From: Gammaproteobacteria bacterium
Lineage (GTDB): Bacteria > Pseudomonadota > Gammaproteobacteria > Thiohalomonadales > Thiohalomonadaceae
Direction of reading: 5' to 3'
NCBI GenBank assembly: GCA_036401755.1
Contig: DASWUD010000282.1
Location: 1 to 41,219 of the forward strand
Length of the DNA stretch: 41,219 nt
Part shown: one piece after another, positions 1 to 9,079 of the stretch
Layout of the letters: every line of letters starts with the position of its first letter
Numbering within the stretch: position 1 is the first letter of the stretch
Notes under the pieces: model-generated
Databases searched by the model: none
What the model was told of the DNA's origin: nothing
What the model saw: only the letters and a program-made list of their open reading frames with translations
Position numbers and translations under genes: made by a program

Positions 1-386
1 TCGGCGGCATCGTTGTAGGTGTTGCCGTACAGTTCGATGGCGGCGCCGTAGGCCGCCACCGACTGCACCTTGATCTGCGGCGTGGTCAGCGGCATCACGA
101 TCAGCGCCTTGAGACCCAATTTCTGTGCCGACAGCGCCACCCCCTGGGCATGGTTGCCGGCCGAGGCGGCGATCACGCCGCGTGCCCGCTCCTCGCCGCT
201 CAGTTGCACCATCTTGTTATAGGCGCCACGCAGCTTGAAAGAGAAGACCGATTGCAGATCCTCGCGTTTCAGCCAGATATGGTTGTTGAGGCGGGCCGAC
301 AGGGTGCGCGCCGGCTCCAGGGGGGTCTCCTGGGCCACGTCATAAACACGCGCGGTGAGAATGCGTTTGAGATAGTCGTTGAACAT
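1..386 (-). CDS. ilvA: Threonine dehydratase (biosynthetic, PLP-dependent), N-terminal part; truncated by the left window edge
   Basis: I translated the reverse strand myself from the ATG (CAT at 384-386). It reads [84 protein letters not shown]. This includes the SFKLRGA PLP-lysine motif and the ASAGNHAQG motif typical of IlvA. It is absent from the ORF track because it runs off the edge. Confidence 0.85.
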   Translation of the reverse strand, partial: MFNDYLKRILTARVYDVAQETPLEPARTLSARLNNHIWLKREDLQSVFSFKLRGAYNKMVQLSGEERARGVIAASAGNHAQGVALSAQKLGLKALIVMPLTTPQIKVQSVAAYGAAIELYGNTYNDAA

Positions 387-500
387 CACTATACCTTATC
401 AGCAAAACGTCATGCCGGGCAGGGGCCACTACAGGGAGCGCCATTTGTCCCGTATAATCGGCGCCACTTTGCACAGACGCTGCGTGCCTGAACTATAAAA

Positions 501-1172
501 ATGACCGAGGAAAGACCCATGACCCAGGATGAAATGAAAAAAGCAGTAGCCAAGGCGGCTCTTGAGTATGTGGTGCCCAACACCATCATCGGCATCGGTA
601 CTGGCTCCACCGCCAACCACTTCATCGACTTCCTCGCTGCCATGAAGGGGAAGATCGAAGGGACCGTCGCCAGCTCCGAAGCGAGTGCCAAGCGCCTCAA
701 GGGCCATGGCATCGAGGTGTTCGACCTCAACAGCGTCGATAGCATCTCGGTCTACGTGGATGGTGCCGACGAGACCAACCACTATCGCCACCTGATCAAG
801 GGGGGCGGCGGTGCACTGACCCGCGAAAAGATCGTCGCGGCGGCCAGCAAGCAGTTTGTCTGCATCGTCGACGAAAGCAAGGTGGTCGATGTGATGGGCA
901 AATTCCCGCTGCCGGTGGAGGTGATCCCGATGGCACGCAGCTACGTGGCGCGCGAGCTGGCCAAGCTGGGTGGCATGCCGGTCTACCGGGAAGGGTTTGT
1001 CACCGACAACGGCAACGTTATCCTCGACGTGCATGGTCTGGAGATCATGGAGCCAGTGAAGCTGGAGCAGACCCTCAACAACATTACCGGCGTGGTCACC
1101 AACGGCCTGTTCGCCATGCGCCCGGCCGATGTGGTGCTAGTCGGCACTCCCAACGGCGTGAAGTCATTCTGA
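501..1172 (+). CDS. rpiA: Ribose-5-phosphate isomerase A
   Basis: 223-aa ORF with the hallmark motifs GIGTGST, DGADE and [13 protein letters not shown]. Its length is typical of RpiA. The internal Met at 519 is an alternative start. Confidence 0.93.
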   Translation: MTEERPMTQDEMKKAVAKAALEYVVPNTIIGIGTGSTANHFIDFLAAMKGKIEGTVASSEASAKRLKGHGIEVFDLNSVDSISVYVDGADETNHYRHLIKGGGGALTREKIVAAASKQFVCIVDESKVVDVMGKFPLPVEVIPMARSYVARELAKLGGMPVYREGFVTDNGNVILDVHGLEIMEPVKLEQTLNNITGVVTNGLFAMRPADVVLVGTPNGVKSF

Positions 1173-1177
1173 CGAGA

Positions 1178-1210
1178 GGCAAGGGCCGCCTGTTCCAGGC
1201 GGCCCTTGCC
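1178..1210. terminator. Perfect 13-bp GC-rich hairpin between convergent genes; probable bidirectional terminator or stabiliser, with no clear U-tract
   Basis: ggcaagggccgcc (1178-1190), loop tgttcca, then ggcggcccttgcc (1198-1210). It lies between the rpiA stop (1172) and the stop of the minus-strand small ORF (1216). Confidence 0.5.
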
Positions 1211-1215
1211 GACCG

Positions 1216-1419
1216 TTAGCGGTAGTTGGCATCCACCCAGCAGCGTGGCAAGGCCTCGCCCGAGGGGAAGATCAACTCGGCTTTAACAAATGTTGCCGGG
1301 TCCTGTAACTCCTCACCAGCGTGAAAGCGTCCTGCGATCCTGGTCTGCTTTGGATTGATCAGCGCGCGTAGGTCGAGCACCTCGACCAGATCACCACTTA
1401 CGGTATGCTTCAGGTACAT
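1216..1419 (-). CDS. Small conserved hypothetical protein (67 aa)
   Basis: Intact ORF in an otherwise empty gap, with non-repetitive balanced composition (MYLKHTVSGDLVEVLDL...LPRCWVDANYR). I recognise no family motif. That it is conserved is my impression only. Confidence 0.45.
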   Translation of the reverse strand: MYLKHTVSGDLVEVLDLRALINPKQTRIAGRFHAGEELQDPATFVKAELIFPSGEALPRCWVDANYR

Positions 1420-1527
1420 GGTCTTCGTCCCTCTTGGGTAATCGTTATTTTCAGGCCGTTCTCCGCCCTGAGAAAAACATATACCACGCTTTGAAGGTAC
1501 GCGACACGCCCCGAAAATATTCGCGGC

Positions 1528-4500
1528 TTACAACAGCACCCGCTCGATGCCGCCCTGGCGCACCGCTTCAACATACTGCTTCAGCCAATCATCACCGTAG
1601 AGGCGCTTGGCCAGTTCGATGACGATATAGTCGGCCTCGAGGCCGGTAGTATTCTCGTAACGCGACAACCCCTGCAGGCAGGCAGGACAGGTGGTGAGGA
1701 TCTTCACCTCGCCGTGGCGACTCTTGCGCTCGCCGGTCAACGCCTCGATGCCGTTGCGCAACTCCTCATCCTTGCGGAAGCGGACCTGGGTGGCGATGTC
1801 GGGTCGCGCGGTGGCGAAGGTGCCCGCCTCGGCGCAGCAGCGGTCCGAGAGTTTGACCTCCTGGCCGAGCAGCGCGTTGGCTACCTTGACCGGGTTGTGC
1901 TGTTTGATCGGCGTGTGGCACGGGTCGTGGTAGAGGTAGTGCTGGCCCGCAACTCCTTCGCTGGTGATCCCCTTCTCCATCAGGTACTCGTTGATGTCGA
2001 GCAGCCGGCAGCCGGGGAAGATCGCCTCGAATTGATACTTGAGCAGCTGATCCATGCAGGTGCCACAGGAAACGATCACCGTCTTGATGTCCATGTAGTT
2101 GAGCGTGTTGGCAACGCGATGGAACAGCACCTGATTGTCGATGGAGATGCGCTTGCCGGTGAGCTCGTCGCCGGCGGAGGTCTGCGGATAACCGCAGCAC
2201 AGATAACCGGGCGGCAGCACGGTCTGCGCGCCGCTCTTGTAGAGCATCGCCAGCGTGGCGATGCCGATCTGCGAGAAGAGCCGTTCGGAGCCGCAGCCGG
2301 GGAAGTAGAAGACTGCATCGCTCTCTTCGTTGCTGCGTTTCGGATCGCGCAGGATCGACACCACCTTGTTATCTTCCAGGCCGAGCATGGCGCGCATGGT
2401 CTGGCTCGGCAGATGGGAGGGCATCGGCCGGCGCACGAAGCTGACTACGGTCTCCTTGATGTTGATCTTGCCGGTGGTGGCGTGCGGACGCGAACGTCTG
2501 CGCACCAGACCAATGCGCTTCGCTACCTTGTGGGCGAGACGCTGCCCGGCGTAGCCCCACTGGATGAGCGCCTTGCGCATCAGCTTGATGGTGGCCGGGT
2601 CGGTGACGTTGAGGAAGGCCATCGATAGCGCCGAACCGATGTTGAAGCGCTTCTGTCCCTGTGCGCGCAGGATGTTGCGCATCAGGATCGACACATCGCC
2701 GAAGTCGATGTTGACCGGGCAGGGCACCACGCACTTGTGGCACACCGTGCAGTGGTCGGCCACGTCGTTCATCTCGGCGAAGTGGCGTACCGAAATGCCG
2801 CGTCGCGTCTGCTCCTCGTAGAGGAACGCCTCGATGATGAGGCCGGTGGCGAGGATCTTGTTGCGCGGCGAGTAGAGCAGATTGGCGCGCGGCACGTGCG
2901 TGTTGCAGACCGGCTTGCACTTGCCGCAGCGCAGGCAGTCCTTGACCATGGTGTTGAGCTGCCCCAGCTCGCTCGCCTCCATGATCAGCGCCTCCTGCTG
3001 CAACAGGCGTAGCGAAGGTGTATAGGCGTTTTCCAGCCCCGAGCCGGCCATCAGCTTGCCGCGATTGAAACGCCCTTCGGGATCGATCTTCGCCTTGTAG
3101 GCGGCGAACGCCTGCACCGCATCGTCGGCGAGAAACTGCATCTTGGTGATGCCGATGCCGTGCTCGCCGGAGATGACGCCGCCGAGTGATTCAGCCAGCA
3201 GCATCACCTGTTCCACGATGCGATCGGCCTCGTGCAGCATGGCATAGTCGCTGGAGTGAACCGGGATATTGGTGTGCACATTGCCATCGCCCGCATGCAT
3301 GTGGGTGGCGACGAACAGGCGCGAGGTGCGCTTGTCGGCATGGATGGCATCGAGCTTCTCGCGCACCCCTTCCAGCTCGCGCCCGGTATAGATCTCCTTG
3401 AGCGGCCGCTCCACCTCCGCACGATAGGAGATGCGCAGCTCACGCCGCTGCAACAGCGAGAAGAGCGTATCGTCGGGGCGCAAACGCGAGGCCAGCTCAT
3501 CGCAGAGCAGATCGTGGTGATCCGCGGCGCGCGCATCGAGCATCAGCAGGATCTTCTGCCAGCGTGCACTCACGGTATCGAGCAGGGCCAGCGCAGCATC
3601 GCGCTTGTTGGCGATAATGGCATCGCCTTCCGCACTCTCCTGATAGTCGCGGTGCAGATGCCGCTCCGGCTGATCACCGGTAAGGTAGTCGCGCACGGCG
3701 GCAACGATCGCCAGTTTGTTGCGCGTCGACTGTTCGATATTGATGCGCTCGATCCCTTCGCTGTAGTCGGCGAGGCGATCGAGCGGGATCACCACATCCT
3801 CGTTGACCTTGAAGGCGTTGGTGTGTGCGGCAATGGCGGCGGTGCGGGCGCGATCCTGCCAGAAGCGGTGACGTGCCTCGGCGCTGACGGCAACAAACCC
3901 CTCCGCCTCACGCGCGTTGGCGAGACGCACTACGTTCGAAGCCGCTTCGGCAACCAGATTCTCATCATCACCGGCGATATCGGCCAGCAGTACCATCTTC
4001 GGCAGTTCGGGACGGGGTGCCTTGGTGCTGTAGTTGACGGCACGCACATAGCGCTCGTCGAGATGCTCCAGTCCGGCCAGCATCAACCCCTCGCGGCTGT
4101 CGATGTAGTCCTTGATCTCGACGATGGCCGGCACCGACCTACGCAGGTCGTTGCCGAAAAATTCGAGGCAGACGGTGCGGGTAAAGCGCGGCATGCGATG
4201 CACCACGAACACCGCCGAGGTGATGAGGCCGTCGCACCCCTCCTTCTGCACGCCGGGCAGTCCGCCGAGAAATTTATTGGTGACATCTTTGCCGAGACCG
4301 CGCTTGCGCAGGTGCTCGCCCGGAATGCGCAACAACTCCGGCTCACCGATGGGCGTCTTGCCGTTGGCGGCAAAGCGATTGATGCGGAACTCGGCGAAGG
4401 GGATGTCGTGGATCTTGCCGAGATTGTGGTTGAGGCGTTCCACCTCGATCCACTGCGCCTCGGGGGTGACCATACGCCACGACACTAGGTTGTCGAGGGT

Positions 4501-5379
4501 GGTGCCCCACATCACCGCCTTCTTGCCGCCGGCGTTCATGGCGATGTTGCCGCCGATGCAGGAGGCGTCCTGCGAGGTGGGGTCGACGGCGAAGACAAAG
4601 CCGGCCGCCTCGGCCCGTTCGGAGACGCGCTTGGTCACCACCCCCGCTTCGGCACGCAGCGTCGCCACCGGATGATCGACGCCGGGGATGTTGCGCACGA
4701 TCACCTCGCCGAGCCCTTCGAGCTTTTCGGTGTTGATCACCGCGCTCTCGGCCACCAGCGGTACGGCGGCGCCGGTGTAGCCGGTACCGCCGCCGCGCGG
4801 GATGATGGTCAGGCCCAGTTCGATGCACGCCTGCACCACCCCGGCCATCTCCTTTTCGCTGTCGGGATTGATCACCACCAGCGGATATTCGACACGCCAG
4901 TCGGAGGCGTCGGTGACATGGGAAACGCGCGCCAGCCCGTCGAACTGGATATTGTCGCGGCGCGTCTCCTTGGCAAGGCGGTGCTCGACGCGTTCGCGCT
5001 GTTTCCTCATGCGCGGCAGCCACGCCTCGAAATCGTGCACCGCGACGCGGGCCCGCTCAGCCAGCTGCAGCGCCTGCGGATTGCCGTCGGCGCGCGCCAC
5101 GATCTGATCGAGACGGTGATGCAGCGCGTGGACCAGCGAGCCCCAGCGCCGCCTGTTCTCCATCAGGTCGTCCTGGATGAAGGGGTTGCGCACGATGACC
5201 CACATATCGCCCAGCACCTCGAACAGCATGCGCGCTGAACGGCCGGTGCGTCGCTCACCACGCAGCGTATTGAGCACCGACCACATCTCCGCGCCGAGGA
5301 AGCGGATGACGATCTCTCGGTCAGAGAAGGAGGTGTAGTTATAGGGGATTTCGCGAATGCGGTTGGGGCTGGCGCTCAT
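1528..5379 (-). CDS. Large fused FAD-linked oxidase plus Fe-S oxidoreductase (DUF3683-type N-terminus, GlcD-like FAD domain, 2x[4Fe-4S] ferredoxin motifs, GlcF/HdrD-like CCG cysteine-rich domains)
   Basis: 1283-aa ORF. The N-terminus reads [22 protein letters not shown]. An FAD-binding PCMH-type segment is present ([16 protein letters not shown], then GEHGIG). Ferredoxin motifs are [11 protein letters not shown] and [12 protein letters not shown]. Two CCG-like segments occur near the C-terminus (YFPGCG...LCCGYP; YHDPCH...CCAEAG). Confidence 0.85.
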   Translation of the reverse strand: MSASPNRIREIPYNYTSFSDREIVIRFLGAEMWSVLNTLRGERRTGRSARMLFEVLGDMWVIVRNPFIQDDLMENRRRWGSLVHALHHRLDQIVARADGNPQALQLAERARVAVHDFEAWLPRMRKQRERVEHRLAKETRRDNIQFDGLARVSHVTDASDWRVEYPLVVINPDSEKEMAGVVQACIELGLTIIPRGGGTGYTGAAVPLVAESAVINTEKLEGLGEVIVRNIPGVDHPVATLRAEAGVVTKRVSERAEAAGFVFAVDPTSQDASCIGGNIAMNAGGKKAVMWGTTLDNLVSWRMVTPEAQWIEVERLNHNLGKIHDIPFAEFRINRFAANGKTPIGEPELLRIPGEHLRKRGLGKDVTNKFLGGLPGVQKEGCDGLITSAVFVVHRMPRFTRTVCLEFFGNDLRRSVPAIVEIKDYIDSREGLMLAGLEHLDERYVRAVNYSTKAPRPELPKMVLLADIAGDDENLVAEAASNVVRLANAREAEGFVAVSAEARHRFWQDRARTAAIAAHTNAFKVNEDVVIPLDRLADYSEGIERINIEQSTRNKLAIVAAVRDYLTGDQPERHLHRDYQESAEGDAIIANKRDAALALLDTVSARWQKILLMLDARAADHHDLLCDELASRLRPDDTLFSLLQRRELRISYRAEVERPLKEIYTGRELEGVREKLDAIHADKRTSRLFVATHMHAGDGNVHTNIPVHSSDYAMLHEADRIVEQVMLLAESLGGVISGEHGIGITKMQFLADDAVQAFAAYKAKIDPEGRFNRGKLMAGSGLENAYTPSLRLLQQEALIMEASELGQLNTMVKDCLRCGKCKPVCNTHVPRANLLYSPRNKILATGLIIEAFLYEEQTRRGISVRHFAEMNDVADHCTVCHKCVVPCPVNIDFGDVSILMRNILRAQGQKRFNIGSALSMAFLNVTDPATIKLMRKALIQWGYAGQRLAHKVAKRIGLVRRRSRPHATTGKINIKETVVSFVRRPMPSHLPSQTMRAMLGLEDNKVVSILRDPKRSNEESDAVFYFPGCGSERLFSQIGIATLAMLYKSGAQTVLPPGYLCCGYPQTSAGDELTGKRISIDNQVLFHRVANTLNYMDIKTVIVSCGTCMDQLLKYQFEAIFPGCRLLDINEYLMEKGITSEGVAGQHYLYHDPCHTPIKQHNPVKVANALLGQEVKLSDRCCAEAGTFATARPDIATQVRFRKDEELRNGIEALTGERKSRHGEVKILTTCPACLQGLSRYENTTGLEADYIVIELAKRLYGDDWLKQYVEAVRQGGIERVLL

Positions 5380-5512
5380 GGTAACGGGCAGAACCTGGGG
5401 AAAAACCGAAGCGCGAAGTGTAGCACGCTGCGCCCGTCATGAGGATGGCGCAGCCCGGCCTGTGCACCGCCATAATTCCCTCACTCTCCCTCTGGGGAGT
5501 GAGGCTGTGCAG

Positions 5513-6700
5513 TCAGCGCACCAGCAGCAAACCGAACAGCGGCGGGCCGGTATTGACCAGGGTATGGGTCAGCGCCGACATGAATACGCTGCCGGTCTTG
5601 CGGTAGACCTGGGCGTAGGCCCAGCCGGCGAGCATCGCCAGGCCGATAAAGAGGGTAGAGTGGATATGGTAATGGACGAGTCCGAACAGTGTGCTGATGA
5701 TCAGCTGCGCGGTATGGTCGGCGGCCTGTGCTGGTGCCTTGCGGATGAGCCAGAAGGTCCAGCCCAGCAGCAATGTCGCACAGAGCAGCGGAAACCATTG
5801 TGCCTTGGCCTCGATGGTGTAACCGGCCAGCCCCGCCAGGGGGAGCAGCAGCAGACTGCCGTAGAGATAGCGGCGCCAGTTGCCGGTCTGGTTAATGCGC
5901 TGCTGCAACAGATTCAGAATGAGGCCGCGGAATATCAGCTCCTCGGGGAGTGCAGTGCCAAACAAAGTACGCAGAAACAGCCCCAACCCGGCGATCAGCA
6001 GTGCCGGCGTGATGGGCTCAAAGCCTTCCCAGCGAATCAGACCGCCGGGCAGGCCCACAGCCAGCACAATTACGAAAATGATGGCCCACCACTTCAGTGC
6101 CGTCCCCAGCGTGGTCCAGGAAAAATCCGGCATGAACCCGACGCCCGGCAGCCGACGTACCACCGTCAGCGCGTAGACGGCGACAATGAGCGCCAGAGTA
6201 AGATAGAGATTTTCGATGCCGCCACCACCCAGCGGCAACTCACTGTTGAACGGATAGTTGCGGTACGCGTAAGGCAGGAGACAGAGCAGCGCCCCCACCG
6301 CATCCTTCCAGGTTATCGTCGTGGCGTTGCGCAGGGCGAAAAAATAGAAGAGGACCGGCAGACAAAACAGCAGCGGGATCGGCCAGCTGTTGCTGCGCAA
6401 TACATCCTCGCCACCAAGGCCGGCATAGAGGTACAGCAGCACCACCAGCCCCAATGGCAACGCCAGATAACGTGCCACACTTGACCCACACCAGTCGTGC
6501 AGCCGCTGTGCCACTGCTTCCGTGCCAATGGAAAAATAGAGCAGATAGACCAGTAGCGAAACCGGTACGGCCAGCGCCAACAGGGTCGCACTGTTTTTCT
6601 GCCAGGCGGTGATCACCATCGCCAGCGTCAGCAGCGCGCTCAACAACAGTGGTCGTGAAAAACGAAACTGAAAGGAGGTCAAGGTGACAATCTGCTCCAT
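5513..6700 (-). CDS. Polytopic membrane protein with a C-terminal CPBP (CAAX/Abi) intramembrane glutamic protease domain
   Basis: 395 aa and highly hydrophobic. The CPBP motifs are in the canonical order: EELIFRGLI (EExxxR), FGLVHY (FxxxH) and ALTHTLVN (HxxxN/D). Confidence 0.8.
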   Translation of the reverse strand: MEQIVTLTSFQFRFSRPLLLSALLTLAMVITAWQKNSATLLALAVPVSLLVYLLYFSIGTEAVAQRLHDWCGSSVARYLALPLGLVVLLYLYAGLGGEDVLRSNSWPIPLLFCLPVLFYFFALRNATTITWKDAVGALLCLLPYAYRNYPFNSELPLGGGGIENLYLTLALIVAVYALTVVRRLPGVGFMPDFSWTTLGTALKWWAIIFVIVLAVGLPGGLIRWEGFEPITPALLIAGLGLFLRTLFGTALPEELIFRGLILNLLQQRINQTGNWRRYLYGSLLLLPLAGLAGYTIEAKAQWFPLLCATLLLGWTFWLIRKAPAQAADHTAQLIISTLFGLVHYHIHSTLFIGLAMLAGWAYAQVYRKTGSVFMSALTHTLVNTGPPLFGLLLVR

Positions 6701-6799
6701 GATGCCATTTCCCTGTTATTTGCCCGACAAGCCCCAGGCGCGTCGTTTATACCACATCCACAACGCCATGGCATCGGGCGGCGTGGGCGATGCGGATCG

Positions 6800-7546
6800 T
6801 CACGGAAACTGGGCAGCCCCCTCAATGAGCTTGAGCCCGGTCGGCTCGGGCAGCTCATCTTCCAGAGTGGCCCCGGTCAGCGCGGTCACACGCACGCGCA
6901 ACGACCCAGCCGCAATCGGTTTGGGATGAACGAAATAGTTGTAAGCACGACGCTCGAGGGGGAGCCAGGTGGTGGTGCCAGCGGGCATGATCTCCAGGGC
7001 AGCCACCGGCCAGCGGTGGTTGCGCAGCTGAATGGCCATCCAGTAGCGGGAACTGCCCTTCATGTAATGGTACGAAACCGGTCCCGACACGGGGCCGGCC
7101 ACGATTTGCCAGGTGATCGGCACCCGCCCGGCGGCCTTGGGTGCGATGCGGGCAAACGCTTCCCGACTCAGATCAAGGCCGCCGGGTTTGCAGCCCGGGC
7201 AGCGATCGGTGATGCGCACCGTCACTGTGCCATCCGGCCCGGACACGGCAAGATAGGCCCCGCACATCGCGGCGTTGGCGTAATCGCGGCTGTTGATGGC
7301 CGCCACCAGTCGGTCATCACTCGCGGTAAAGCTGCAGTTGCCCTTGCCTGTAGCGCGGTAAAAGGTTGCTTCACCGCGATGGGTGGCATCGAAGGTCACG
7401 ACAGCGGCGGTGCTCTCTTCAGGCGAGGCAGTGGTGCCGGGCTCTCCCGCCGCCGTGACATCGGCTTCACTCTGGCTGCACGCAGAGACACCGAGCATGA
7501 CAGATCCCAACAACCAACAAAGAAGGCGCAGGATAGACATTGCCAC
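6800..7546 (-). CDS. Bacterial expansin (EXLX1/YoaJ-like: DPBB domain plus CBM63-like domain), predicted lipoprotein
   Basis: Lipobox LGVSAC. The DPBB-like part reads GEATFYRATGKGNCSF...VRITDRCPGCKPGGLDLSREAFARIA. The second domain reads VSYHYMKGSSRYWMAIQLRNHRWPVAALE...RRAYNYF, closely paralleling B. subtilis EXLX1 domain 2 (KEGSSxYWxAIQVRNHxYPV...YNxF). A good AGGAG Shine-Dalgarno lies 6 nt upstream of the ATG. Confidence 0.8.
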   Translation of the reverse strand: MAMSILRLLCWLLGSVMLGVSACSQSEADVTAAGEPGTTASPEESTAAVVTFDATHRGEATFYRATGKGNCSFTASDDRLVAAINSRDYANAAMCGAYLAVSGPDGTVTVRITDRCPGCKPGGLDLSREAFARIAPKAAGRVPITWQIVAGPVSGPVSYHYMKGSSRYWMAIQLRNHRWPVAALEIMPAGTTTWLPLERRAYNYFVHPKPIAAGSLRVRVTALTGATLEDELPEPTGLKLIEGAAQFP

Positions 7547-7774
7547 TCCTCTTACAGTGCATTGCCACCAAACAACTCGACTTATGAGTCTATGGCAGGG
7601 TGACGCAGCCTGCTGGGATCTGGCTCAAGTTTGAAGGCGGTAGACGACCCCGGCCGCTAAATAGCTGTTCCTGATCCTGAAACGCATGAGCTCTCGCAAA
7701 GGCGCCAAGCTCGCCAAGGAAAAGCCCGTGAAAGAGATTGGGAAAACGCTCTCTTGGCCTCTTTGGCGCACTTA

Positions 7775-9079
7775 TTAGTCGGCTTTGGCCGGAGCGACCA
7801 GATGGGGGGCGGCCAGCTCCCGATAGCCGCGCCCCATGCGCCAAGCCAGCGTGATCCAGAAGAGGCCGATGGTCATGTTGATCATGGCGAATTGATTGAC
7901 CGACAGGCCAAACTGGGTACCGCCGAAGATCACCGCGGCGTGCAACAGATCCCCGAAGCGCCAGAAGAATGTTTCGATGGCGGTCTTGCCATCGTATTTG
8001 GCGTTCGCCGACACCGGCAGGAACAGCGCATGGCGCGTGGTCTGCTGGATGGAGTAGTCGGTGCTGTTCTCCATGATCTTGATGAGGCGTACCACGGTAA
8101 AGATCGGAAAGAAGGCAATCATCGTGTACCCGATGGTGGCGATCACCGGCAGAATCATCAGCGCCCAGTGGACACCGACATAACGAAACAGCCGCGATAC
8201 CAGGAACGCCTGGAACAGCAGGCCGATAGCGTTCACCCACATGAAAAAATCCGAGTAGATCTCGCCGATGGCAACCCCCTTGGCAACCCCCGCGGCCACC
8301 GCGATCTCGGCCTGCTCCACCACCATTTTGGCGAAGATGAATTCACCCGTGGAGTTGATGAAGTTGAGCAGCACCACAAAGAGGGCCACCAGACGCAGAT
8401 AGGGACTACTCATCACCACGGCGAAGCCCCCGCCGAGACTCACTGGCTCCTTCACCCCATTGGGCTGCGGCATCACTGCGTGCATGCCGGAACGCTTGTA
8501 GATGACCGTGGTCAGCATCAGCAAAATGGCGGCGACCAACAACATGCCGTGACTGCCCACCAGCGGAAAGAGCTGGTGGGCACATTTCGAACCAAACACG
8601 GCCCCCAGCGAGCCGCCCAGCGCGATGATGGCAAAAACGCGCTCGCCTGCGCTAACGGTATGGATATCGGCCGCGAGCGCCCAGAACTGGGCCAGTTGGC
8701 CAACACTGAAGATCCCCAGCCAGATGAAAAAGAGCGTGCCGATGGGCACACCGTTGATACTGAGCAGGTAGAAGATCAGTAGGTTGGCCACAAAGAAGCT
8801 GGTGATCGACCGATAGATCCGTTCACCCACCCGGTTGCGCATGAAATAGCTGTAGAGCGGCACCGCCACCAGTAGCACCACGGCCTGCATGGCCAGCGCG
8901 TAGCTGCGCAGTTCTGGCGTGCCGTGTTCGAGGATGAGTGCCTCGCGCACCGGCTTGAGCAGGTAGTAACCAAACAGGATGACGAAGACGCGCGCCGCCA
9001 ACAGCAAGGTAAGAGCGACTTCATCGGGACGGACATCGGCAAACAGGCCGAGCCAGCGTGACAGCAGTTTTCTCGTCAT
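7775..9079 (-). CDS. ATP:ADP antiporter (AAA/TLC) family nucleotide transporter homologue (MFS-like, about 12 TM)
   Basis: TLC-family-like signatures are present: YYLLKPVREALIL near the N-terminus, QFWALAADIHTVSAGERVFAIIALGGSLGAVFGS (compare FWxFANxxxxxxxAKRFYxLxGxGxNxG), and IMENSTDYSIQQTTRHALFLPVSANAKYDGKTAIETFFWRFGD. I chose the start at Met51 of the track ORF (ATG 9077-9079) because it forms an ATGA overlap with the CotH stop (9076-9078). The upstream 50 codons lie inside the CotH gene. Confidence 0.7.
   Translation of the reverse strand: MTRKLLSRWLGLFADVRPDEVALTLLLAARVFVILFGYYLLKPVREALILEHGTPELRSYALAMQAVVLLVAVPLYSYFMRNRVGERIYRSITSFFVANLLIFYLLSINGVPIGTLFFIWLGIFSVGQLAQFWALAADIHTVSAGERVFAIIALGGSLGAVFGSKCAHQLFPLVGSHGMLLVAAILLMLTTVIYKRSGMHAVMPQPNGVKEPVSLGGGFAVVMSSPYLRLVALFVVLLNFINSTGEFIFAKMVVEQAEIAVAAGVAKGVAIGEIYSDFFMWVNAIGLLFQAFLVSRLFRYVGVHWALMILPVIATIGYTMIAFFPIFTVVRLIKIMENSTDYSIQQTTRHALFLPVSANAKYDGKTAIETFFWRFGDLLHAAVIFGGTQFGLSVNQFAMINMTIGLFWITLAWRMGRGYRELAAPHLVAPAKAD

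Noticed and set aside
3232..4488. Long plus-strand ORF (418 aa) antisense to the FAD/Fe-S oxidoreductase. Similar long antisense or out-of-frame ORFs occur elsewhere, for example 5357-6484 (+), 7754-8782 (+), 20329-21438 (+, Arg/Pro/Ala-rich) and 28980-30128 (-).
   Set aside because: These are typical shadow ORFs of high-GC DNA. Their composition is heavily biased toward Arg, Gly, Ala, Pro, His and Gln. They have no recognisable motifs. Each lies fully inside a gene that has strong family signatures on the other strand or in another frame.
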